Positions 1 to 10,600 of a stretch of DNA of 64,000 nt are shown piece after piece. The notes beneath the pieces are model-generated. The model had not been told where the DNA came from and made no database searches. It saw only the letters and a list, made by a program, of their open reading frames with translations. Location: NCBI RefSeq assembly GCF_006345805.1, contig NC_043010.1, positions 26,102,001 through 26,166,000 on the forward strand, read 5' to 3'. Made by a program: the position numbers and the translations under genes. The stretch's first letter is position 1; the number at the start of each line of letters is the position of its first letter. Source of the DNA: Octopus sinensis (lineage: Eukaryota).

Positions 1-35
1 TCCCATATATATATTTTTAAATACACACATGTATA

Positions 36-98
<63 letters not shown>

Positions 99-112
99 TA
101 TATATATATATC

Positions 113-155
<43 letters not shown>

Positions 156-214
156 TATACATGTGTATATTTAAAAATCAACCACAGATTTTAGTCATTC
201 CATGGTGGCCATTC

Positions 215-264
<50 letters not shown>

Positions 265-471
265 TACATATATATATTATAATATATAATATATATATAT
301 TATATATATAATATATATAATATATATATATATATATATACATACATACATATATATATACATATTACATATATATGTGTGTGTGTGTTTATATGTCATT
401 TCATGTGTGTGTTATACACACACATAAAAATACATATACATATGCACATGTATATATATATATATAATATA

Positions 472-535
<64 letters not shown>

Positions 536-734
536 ATATGTATGTATATACACATGTACATGTGTATATACTTTTATGTGTGCATGTGTGTGTGTGTGTG
601 CATACACACACATGAAATGACATATAAACACACATATATGTACACAGTTATATATATACACATATATGGATATTTTCTCTATTATCACTGAACAAGGGTC
701 AATATCTGCAATCGTGTCTGCCAATTTTCACATT

Positions 735-814
<80 letters not shown>

Positions 815-1050
815 CTAAGTATATTTTCTTATACTGAATCAGCATAAAAGAACATTATGAACCCAAGACTAGATCTCGCACACACGCACATAATTACACA
901 CAGATATTGTAGATTCTTTAATTATATAATTCCCTACAATCTCTGGAAACTGTTTATAAAGAATTACCATTAAAAGTTTCCTAAACCTTTTTGGATTGTT
1001 TGTTGTTTTCATTTATTTATTCACTTATTAATTAGCTTTCTATGATATAA

Positions 1051-1260
1051 TACAAGGGAGTGTTGTAAAGTTCCTGGCTTTAAGGGTATCACGAAAGGCC
1101 TTTTTGGAGGCCCAACCCTCCGAGTTCTTTTACAGGGCTTAAAAAACTAAAAGACTGCTGCAATAAGCGTGTGAATTTGAGGGGGGGAAATGTTGAATAA
1201 AATCATAATTAACTGATCCTCCTGTATTTTCGTTTACCCAAAGCCAAGAACTTTTAGCCA
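1051..1260. mobile_element. Mariner-like MITE (second copy at 58348-58550)
   Basis: Two similar copies with aagttcct(g/a)gc...aaagcc(a)ggaactt ends and a shared internal ataaaatcataattaactgatcctcc. Confidence 0.65.
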
Positions 1261-1659
1261 AAGTTAGCAGCCACCTCATATGCAAGTACACCACTGGTTT
1301 TTCAATATTCTGGGCTCCAAAGTCTTGACAATTTAACCATTTTGCCAGACAAGCCTTACTTAATGATAATGTAACACATGTCTAACCAACAAATTATTCA
1401 TTCTAAGTGCCATCATTTATGTTTTATCTTGTTCTTATTTCAGTTGTTAGACTGCAGCCATTTTAAGGCACCACCTCAAAGAACTTTTAGTCAAATATAT
1501 CAACCCCAGGACTTCTTTAAGCCTGATACTTATTCTATCAATCTCTCTTGTTGAACTGCAAAGTTACAGGGACATAAACACACCAACACCTACCGTCAAG
1601 TGGTGGTGGGGGACAAAAACAGACACATGCACAGATATATACACATATATATACATGTG

Positions 1660-2000
1660 CCAGCGTCATCTTACTGGCACAGCAGCACGTAAATAACAAC
1701 ATTCGAGTGTGGTCGTTGCCAGTGTTGCCAGACTGGCTCCTGTGCAGGTGGCACGTAAAAAACACATTTTGAGCGTGGTCATTGCCAGTACCACCTGATT
1801 GGCCCTCATGTTGGTGGCACATAAAAGCACCCACTACACTCTCAGAGTTGGTGGGTGTTAGGAAGGGCATCCAGCTGTTGAAACTTTGCCAGATCACATT
1901 GGAGCCTGGTGCAGTCTTCTGCTCACCAGTCCTCAGTCAAACTGTCAACTCATGCCAGCATGGAAAGCGGATGTTAAATGACAATGATGGTGATGATGAT
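1660..2000 (+). mobile_element. RTE 3' UTR fragment nested in the internal microsatellite of a SINE
   Basis: GGTGGCAC(G/A)TAAAA motifs, ttaggaagggcatccag and a (GAT)n tail; opposite orientation to the 4007-6284 copy. Confidence 0.75.
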
Positions 2001-2001
2001 G

Positions 2002-2051
<50 letters not shown>

Positions 2052-2587
2052 TGGGCTTCTTTCAGTTTCTGTCTACCAAATCCACCCACAAGGCTTTGGC
2101 TGGCCCAAGGCTATAGTAGAAGACAATTGCCCAAAGTTCCATGCAGTGGGACTGAACCCAGAATCATCTGATTGGGAAGAAAACCTCCTACCACACAGCC
2201 ATGTCTGCACCCATGAAAAGTTTTGTTTTATCTGTTTACTGTGTTCAGTTCACTGAGGATCTGGCCAGGTTGACGGCTTGTGTCAGTTGACCATATGTCC
2301 CATAGTTGCAGCACATGAGGAGTTATCTCGCAGAGATGGGGACCACCCAAGACTCTGCTAGACAGATCACCTGAAAGCACTGCAACAGCACATGTGCCAC
2401 ACCCACACCATCTGATCTACTCTGATATGGATTGATGTTTATGTCTGATGTTAACATTAACGCCTTCAGGTTTTCTACCTGTAGAAGTCATACCTTAGAT
2501 TGACTTCACACCAAGTACGCAGAGAATTTCTCAAAATTTTGGTATCACTACTAACAACAGCCTAATAATTAATGCACAACATTAGGT

Positions 2588-2745
2588 GCAGGAGTGGCTG
2601 TGTGGTAAGTAGCTTGCTTACCAACCACATGGTTCCAGGTTCAGTCCTACTGCATGGCACCTTGGACATGTGTCTTCTACTATAGCCTCGGGCTGACCAA
2701 AGCCTTGTGAGTGGATTTGGTAGACGGAAACTGAAAGAAGCCCAT

Positions 2746-2800
<55 letters not shown>

Positions 2801-3012
2801 GTGTGTGTGTGTGTGTTTGTGTGTCTGTTTGTCCCCGCCAACATCGGTTGACAACCAATGCTGATGTGTTTATGTCCCATTAACTTAGCGGTTCGATAAA
2901 AGAGACTGATAGAATAAGTACTAGGCTTACAAAGAACAAGTCCTGGAGTCAATTTGCTTGACTAAAGGCGATGCCCCAGCATGGCCACAGTCAAATGACT
3001 GAAACATGTAAA
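2588..3012 (+). mobile_element. SINE with head, internal microsatellite and tail (other copies 1440-2212 minus, 8350-8672 minus, 15245-15405 minus, 30690-30850 minus, 63318-63635 plus)
   Basis: Head GGAGTGGCTGTGTGGTAAG...GGTTCAGTCC...CCTTGG(G/A)CA(A/T)GTGTCTTCT and tail GATAGAATAAGTAC...GACTGAAAC recur across the window. Confidence 0.8.
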
Positions 3013-3735
3013 ATAGTAACACCAACTGTGGCTGTGCCATAAACTAGACTATCAGTGAAGGGTGTTTTAAGTTCCTCTTTGTGATTTATCCAGATTAGAG
3101 GGGCAGAACCAATAGTTACCAGAAAATAAATGGTGTGCCTCTGTGTGTGTGTGTGTGAGTAAATAACAACAGATAGATTGCAGTTCTTTACAACTGTTTT
3201 ACCTGCATTTTTATTGATGAACAGCAGTGTTATATAATGCAAAAAAAAAGTTTTCATCAGGTCAGTACAGGTAAGAATTAACAATTAGAAGTTCTCAAGA
3301 AAATGTGCCAGATGACTCAACCAGCCTAAATTCAGCCCAGTACTTTTTGGTTATCTCACCCCCATTACAAGAAATATCGGCACTTTTGGTCATCTCCCTT
3401 AACTAAAGTAAATTGTTTAACCCTCAATAAAACGAAAAGAAAATTGAGAAAATTAATAAACAGGAAAAGTGAGAAAAAGAAACATCGTTTTGAATCTGAT
3501 AACATTTTTATAACCAATCCTACCATTCCTATCGAGGAAGCCAAAAGTCAACAATGTGTTGAAGTACTGAATCAAAAGGATCCAACCCTTTTAATCCAAT
3601 CTCTTGTCGCCATGTTAACTTTATTTTTTAGTGGGGAGAGAAACCAATTTTTTAATGACAATTTTTTAATGCCGGTGTGATAACCAAAAAGTACCTTTGG
3701 CCCTCTATATATATATAATGTATGTATGTATATAT

Positions 3736-3790
<55 letters not shown>

Positions 3791-4006
3791 GTATGTATAA
3801 AAATACAAACTGGGACAAGAACACAAAACATTTTTATGACGACACAAAAAACACGGACGCGACATTCGAAGCCTTCAATCTTCAGTTGTCATCAAAATGT
3901 TTTGCGTTCTTGTCCCAGGTTGTATTTTTTATACATATATATATTGCAGCATACGTACCCTCTCTCTTATATGTAATTGTATATATATATATATCTATAT
4001 AAATAT

Positions 4007-6284
4007 ATCATCATCATCATCATCATCATCATCATCGTCATCATCATTTAGCGTCCGCTTTCAATGCTAGCATCAGGCATCAGGCCCAGTCTAATCTGGC
4101 AGTTATTCTACGGCTGGATGCCCTTCCTAACGCCAACCACTCCGTGAGTGTAGACGGTGCTTTTTACGGGCAACCCGCTCAGGTGCCAGACGGGGCTGGC
4201 AAACGGCCACGAACGGATGGTGCTTTTACGTGCCACCGGCACGGGGGTCAGGCGAGGCTGGCAATGGCCACAATCGGATGGTGCTTTTTATGTGCCACCG
4301 GCACGGGGGCCAGGCGAAGCTGGCAACGGCCACGAATGGATGGTGCTTTTTACGTGCCACCGGCACGGAAGCCAATCGGGGCGGCAATTTCCATTGATGT
4401 TGATCGACTTCGATTTTGGTTCTGCTTTCTGATATCTGATTTGATTTGGTTTGATTTTGATTTTGATTTTGATTTTCACTTGCCTCAACGGGTCTTCACA
4501 AGTGGAGTTTTGTGTCCCAACAAGGAAAGGTATGTATAAGTCGACTGGCTACATACCAGGTAGAGGCCACGGGTTATGGTCTCACTAGTCCTGCCGGGTC
4601 TTCTCATGCACAGCATACTTCCATAGTGTCGGTCTCTAGTCATTTCCTTGGTGAGACCTAAAGTTTGAAGTTCATGCTTCACCACCTCGTCCCAGGTTTT
4701 CCTGGGTCTACCTCTTCCACAGGTTCCCTCAACTGCTAGGGTGTGGCACTTTTGCACACAACTATCTTCAGCCATTCTCGTCACATGACCATACCAGCGC
4801 AAACGTCTCTCTTGCACACCACAACTGATGCTTCTTAGGTCCAACTTTTCTCTTAAGGTACTTACACTCTGTCGAGTATGAACACTGACATTACACATCC
4901 ATCGGAGCATACTGGCTTCATTTCTTGCGAGCTTACGCATATCCTCAGCAGTCACAGCCCATGTTTCACTACCATGTAGCATGGCTGTACGTACACATGC
5001 ATCATACAGTCTGCCTTTTACTCTGAGCGAGAGGCCTTTTGTCACCAGCAGGGGTAAGAGCTCTCTAAACTTTGCCCAGGCAATTCTTACTCTAGCAGTT
5101 ACACTTACAGCACACCCACCCCCGTTACTGATTTGGTCACCTAGGTAGCGGAAGCTATCAACTACTTCTAGTTTTTCTCCCTGGAACGTGGTAGAAGTTG
5201 GTCTCTGCACATTTTCAGCGTTCATTGCTCCTGAGCATCTGCCACAGACAAAAACTATTTTCTTAGTTAGCCTTCCTTTGACATTGCTGCACCTCTTATG
5301 TGTCCATAGCTTACACTTGGTGCACCTTATAGAGTTTCTACCTACACCTTTTTTACAGATCGAGCAGGGCCATCTACCTGAAGGCGTTTGTGATTGGTCT
5401 ACCTTCCTACTTATTAGGACTTTGCTTTTGGCTAGGTTGATTCTAAGGCCCTTCGATTCTAAACCTTGCTTCCACACCTGAAACTTCTCCTCCAGTTCTG
5501 ATAGTGACTCAGCAATTAGAGCGAGGTCATCAGCATAGAGGAGCTCCCAGGGGCATCCTGTCTTGAATTCCTCCGTTATTGCCTGGAGGACTATGATAAA
5601 TAGGAGGGGACTGAGGACTGAACCTTGGTGGACACCAACGTCTACCCGGAATTCTTCACTGTACTTGTTGCCAACCCTCACCTTACTAGCAGCGTCTCTG
5701 TACATGGCTCGCACAGCTCTCACTAACCATTTATCTATCCCTAGTTTCCTCATTGACCACCAGATAAGGGATCGGGGGACCCTGTCAAAGGCTTTCTCCA
5801 TGTCAACAAAAGCCAGGTACAGGGGCTTATCTTTGGCTAGGTATTTCTCCTGCAGCTGTCTTACCAGGAATATAGCATCAGTAGTACTTTTCCCTGGCAC
5901 GAACCCAAACTGCATCTCATCTAAGCTAACTCTCTCTCTAATTAGTTGGGCTATAATCCTCTCCGTAACCTTCATTACCTGATCCAGCAGCTTGATACCC
6001 CTGTAGTTATTTGTATCTAGGGCGTCACCTTTACCTTTGTAGCAGTTGACTATTATGCTGCTACACCAGTCATTGGGATTGACTCCTTCGTGTATCACCT
6101 GGTTAACTATACGGGTGACTAGGCCATAGCCGACACTACCAGATATTTTGAGCATCTCTGCAGCAATTCCTGATGGGCCTGGGGCTTTCCCTGTTTTCAT
6201 GCTTGTAATTGCCTTAACTACTAAGGAACTGTCAACTCGGATTGGTGGTCCATCTGTTGGGTCAATATTCGGCAGACTCTCTTT
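4007..6284 (-). mobile_element. 5'-truncated RTE-clade LINE with RT ORF, 3' UTR and (TGA)n tail, inserted in (TA)n
   Basis: RT motifs QFGF, AFVDMEKAFD, QGSVLSPLLF and YADD; C-terminus GRGRPRKTW; (CAT)n at 4007-4048 on the plus strand; TA repeats on both sides; no endonuclease domain. Confidence 0.93.
4585..6284 (-). pseudogene. RTE reverse transcriptase ORF (about 550 open codons) with a PHD-like Cys/His finger and a frameshift near the C-terminus
   Basis: Track ORF 4485..6200, open upstream to about 6284. The normal end WKYAVHEKTRQD* (stop 4587-4585) is in another frame, as shown by the intact end in the copy at 27945-28305. Confidence 0.88.
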
Positions 6285-6300
6285 ATTTATGTATATATAT

Positions 6301-6334
<34 letters not shown>

Positions 6335-7005
6335 GGAAAAAAGCAACAAGAATGGATTAAAATCTCGGTACGATCGTTTCATACGAGGACATCTTTAATA
6401 AGCTACAAAAAATGCAGTGAATACAGATGGCTCGTACTCGTCAGCCGAAAAAATATCAGAGAATTCCCAAACATCAAAAGGGGTAGATACAAAAGAGGTT
6501 GTAAGATTAACTGCATTGAAGAAAGTTCGATTCATGGAGATCCGATGAAAGGTTTTAAACCTATAGAATTTATGCATGTCTACATATAGCTCATATTGGA
6601 TATTTGATCAAGTTGTATGAAGAAGTTTTCGGATACAGTCATGCAAAATTTCTGAAAATCCGAGTAAGAGGCAAAGTGACTGCCACATCATGTAGAGGAA
6701 AGTCTGAGTAAAAACATAGTGACTGTCATATCGTGTAGAGGAACAGATTGTTATTGAAATTTACAAGAATCGCAGATAAGTTCGATTTTTTGGAGATCTG
6801 ATGAAAAAGTCTTGAACTTACAAAATTTGTGTATGTCCTTATAGTTCGTAATCCAGTTTTGTGGAGAGATTTAGGGTACAATCATGCGAAAATATCAGGG
6901 AGTCCGAATGAGAAGCAAAAATGACAGTCTTATATTGTAGTGGTTCAGGTTGTTAATATATATATATATATGCATATATATGTGTGTGTGTATATATATA
7001 CATAC

Positions 7006-7067
<62 letters not shown>

Positions 7068-7167
7068 AAGTCAATCCAAACAAGAAAACACAAAAAAACA
7101 CAACAACGCGAGGACGTGGAACAAATATAGTATTATTGGACGCTCGGGAAAGAAGGAAAAAAGGAGG

Positions 7168-7202
7168 GTTTAACGTTTCGAGTGGAGCTCTTCGTCGGAA
7201 AC
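7168..7202 (-). ncRNA. Minimal hammerhead-ribozyme-like motif in a Penelope-type terminal fragment
   Basis: Minus strand GUUU-CCGACGA-A-GAG cucca CUC-GAAACGUU-AAAC: 4-bp stem I, 3-bp stem II, palindromic stem III. The core reads CCGA instead of CUGA. Confidence 0.45.
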
Positions 7203-7283
7203 ATAGGAGAAGGAAGGATCCAGAGAAGGGAAGACAGAGGGAAAAAAATCGTCAACGGTACACACGAGGTCACATTTTGAGGT

Positions 7284-7346
<63 letters not shown>

Positions 7347-7353
7347 TATATAT

Positions 7354-8345
7354 AGCAGGGTAGGCTGGTTTATGGGGTTACCCTGGGTTTCTCACTCATA
7401 ATGGGTTTAGCCTTATGGCTTATTTTCAGACCGTAAACACAGCTGGCCTGACACCTCTTTAAAATATGGAGTGGGGAACAACCTATTTTTAAGGGTAAAA
7501 CCCTAGGTAATTATCTCCCTTTGCTATTGTCCATCGGTCTTCAGCCACACTGCCAACTTGTGGTCACCAAAGCATTACAAAGGTAAACGATTGTCTCCCT
7601 TCAATCTTGGATATTGGTCTTTGGCTGTAGGGCTGCCATGCGGATTCTAAAAAGCCAGCTGGAGTTTTCTAAAATGCAGGCATGGTCCGAAAATCTCTGT
7701 GCTAGAGTTCAGAATACTTCCTGGCATGAGTGAATCTTTAAGGGTCCTCATGCGTTCGGCAATGCATAACTTGCACCATTTGGTCCCGTTGATGTAGGGG
7801 CTTGGATTCTCGGGTATTTTCCATGTGAGTGAGTATGGAATATCTTCGTCTCGTAATTGCAAGAAATAGCTGGCCAGCAATGTCACTTATCTCTTTTCCA
7901 GGCGACACCACAGCCAGAAACTAATAGCCAAGGCCGAAGGGAGACAATCGTTTACCTTCGTGGTGCTTTGGTGACCGCAAGATGGCAGAGCGGCCGAAAA
8001 CCGATGGACAATAGTGAAGGGAGATAATCACCTAAGGTTTTACCCTTAAAAACGAGGTTTTTCTTCCTCCATATTTTATAGAGGCCTCAGGTTAACAGTG
8101 TTTGGGGTCTGAATATACAACGTAAGGCTAAACCCGTTATGAGCAGGTTTATAAACCCATAAACTGGCCTACCCCTCTATAACTTAACTGCTCTACATCT
8201 TAGAGTGTACTTCTCCGGATTTATGTATTTCTACAAACGATGTGTGTGCGCGCGCGCGTGCCTATCTGCCTAGATTTTACCCTTAAAAACGAGGTTTTTC
8301 TCCCTCCATATTTTAAAGAGGCCTCGGGTCGACAGTGTTTGGGGT
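7354..8345 (-). mobile_element. Penelope-like element fragment: GIY-YIG endonuclease C-terminus between inverted arms
   Basis: 7647-7886 encodes LASYFLQLRDEDIPYSLTWKI...CKLCIAER...LNSSTEIFGPCLH, typical of the end of a Penelope endonuclease. Diverged inverted arms at 7354-7630 and 7908-8178, plus a partial direct copy at 8275-8345. Confidence 0.78.
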
Positions 8346-9045
8346 CTGTTTCAGTCATCTAACTGCGACCATACTGGAGCAATACCAAGATTTTTAATCG
8401 AAGAAATGAACCCCAGGACTTATTCTTTGTAAGCCCAGTACTTATTCTATCGGCTCTGTTACGGTTGTCAAGCGATAGCAGACGCGCGCGCACACACACA
8501 CTCTTAAACGATGGGTTTCTTTCAGTTTCCATTTACTTTACCCACTCACAAGGCTTTGGTCGGCCCAAGGCTATAGTAGAAGACATTTGCTCCAGGTGCC
8601 ACGTAGTGGGACCGAACCCGGTACCATGTGGTTGGGAGCAAGGCTCTAACCACACAGCCACGCCTGTGCCTTCTTACCACATAGACATATGTGTATATAT
8701 TTTATTAGTATGTTTGAGTAAGTCTGTCTGTCTATTTGTACAAGTATGATCGCTTAGATTAAAACATCTTCATGGCAGCCAAGAATGTTATTTGATCCTA
8801 TTCAATCGGTCTCCAAGCTGGTACTTTAACTTTGACGACATATATGAGTCTTGAACCAAATGATTTCGAACTAATTTGTAATAACATCATAAACATCCGG
8901 TTGCTCCTCCTCGTCTTGTGGTCATAACGAATTGTTACACCATCCACTTGGATTAATGCCATGTTGACGTTATTTAGGCGACCAGCCAGATAATTCCCTG
9001 TATCATTTACTTAATCAGTTCTGCTGGTGCCATTATATAGAAACT

Positions 9046-9645
9046 GGGGGTGGCGAGCTGACAGAATCGTTAGCACGCCGGGCGAAGTACCTTACGTTCT
9101 GAGTTCAAATTCCGCCGAAGAAGACTTTGCCTTTCATCCTTTCGGGGTCGATTAAATAAGTACTAGTTATGCACTGGGGTCGATATAATCGACTTAATCC
9201 GTTTGTCTGTCCTTGTTTGTCCTTTCTGTGTTTAGCCCCTTGTGGGTAGTAAAGAAATAGGTATTTCGTCTGTCTTTATGTTCTGAGTTCAAATTCCGCC
9301 GAGGTCGACTTTGCCTTTCATCCTTCCGGGGTCGATAAATTAAGTACCAACTACGCACTGGGGTCGATGTAATCGATTTAATCCCTTTATCTGTCCTTGT
9401 TTGTTCCCTCTATGTTTAGCCCCTTGTGGATAATAAAGAAATAAGAAACGTTAGCACCCCGAGCGAAATGCCTAGCGGTATTTCGTCTGTCTTTGTGCTC
9501 TGAGTTCAAATTCCGCCGAGGGCGACTTTGCCTTTCATCCTTTCGGGATCTATTGAATAAGTACTAGTTACACAGTAGGGTCGATGTGATTGACTATCCC
9601 CCCACGTCCAAATTTCAGGCATTGTGCCTATAGTAGAAATTATTA
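9046..9645 (+). mobile_element. Three head-to-tail units of a tRNA-derived SINE
   Basis: A-box-like head GGCGAGCTGACAGAATCG, B box GAGTTCAAATTCC, and body GACTTTGCCTTTCATCCTTTCGGGGTCGAT present three times. Confidence 0.85.
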
Positions 9646-9651
9646 TTTAGT

Positions 9652-9950
9652 AACTGGCACTCCGTCGGTTACAACAGCGATTGTTCCAGTCGATCCGATC
9701 AACGGAACAACCTGCTCATGACGTTTACATGCAAATAGTTGAGCACTCCACAGACACTGGCACCCTTAACGTAGTCCTCAGGGAGGTTCAGCATGACACA
9801 GAATGTGACAAGGTTGACCCTTTTGTAATTACAGGTACAACTCATTTTTGCAGCCGAATGGACTGGGGTAACATTAAATAAAGTGTCTTGCTCACGGCCA
9901 TACCACCGTGAGCCAAATATTCTAACCACTCAGCCACGCGCCTTCCCATT
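9652..9950 (+). mobile_element. Dispersed SINE-like repeat (other copies at 62530-62840 plus and 35460-35760 minus)
   Basis: Shared actggcactccgtc...gagcactccacagacac...gtgacaaggctg sequence in three places. Confidence 0.75.
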
Positions 9951-10071
9951 CATAATACACCTCGCTAAATCCTCATCATTATCAATGTCTATAGACATGA
10001 TGTGTCCTTAGTCATCACAAGTTGATGGAACAATTATAAACCATGGAATAAACTCTACTCTTCACAAATTT

Positions 10072-10600
10072 TACGAGGTGGTATCAAAAAGTTCCTGCAC
10101 TGGTTCTTTAGCTCGCCAACAGGTGGCAGCACAAAGTTGCGTGCTCAGTGAGAGCTAGTTGCGACTTTCCTGAGACAGTGTGCCGAATGTGATCGCTGTC
10201 TACGTCGCCCGTGGTGAAATTTGTGGTCTTGTGATCACGTGTATGCTGAAGTCTATGATTTTTGTTATAGACAGGAACAAAGAACCAACGGGAAAGTCTG
10301 CTACATTGAGCAAGCTTGTGGCGTCGTCGAGGCAATGGGTTGTACGCAACGTTTCGAGTGGCACGGGTGCCTCAAAAGCGGAAGAACGTCCCTGGAAGAC
10401 GATGAGCGATCTGGAAGACCAGTCACGAGCGTCACTTCCGGAAACGGGGTATTGTGCATCGTGGATGCTTCCCCCAGGGCCAGACCCTCAACCGAAAGTT
10501 CTACTGCGAAATTTTGAAGCGTTTGAGCGGGGGGCACACTCGGATCTGTGAAGCGCGATGAATTGGATTCTTCACGACGACAATGCCTCTGTCACCGAGC
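10072..10600 (+). mobile_element. Degenerate mariner transposase relic
   Basis: Fragments FEWH..LKSGRTSLEDDERSGRP and WILHDDNA; TIR-like start tacgaggtggtatcaaaaagttcc. Confidence 0.7.
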
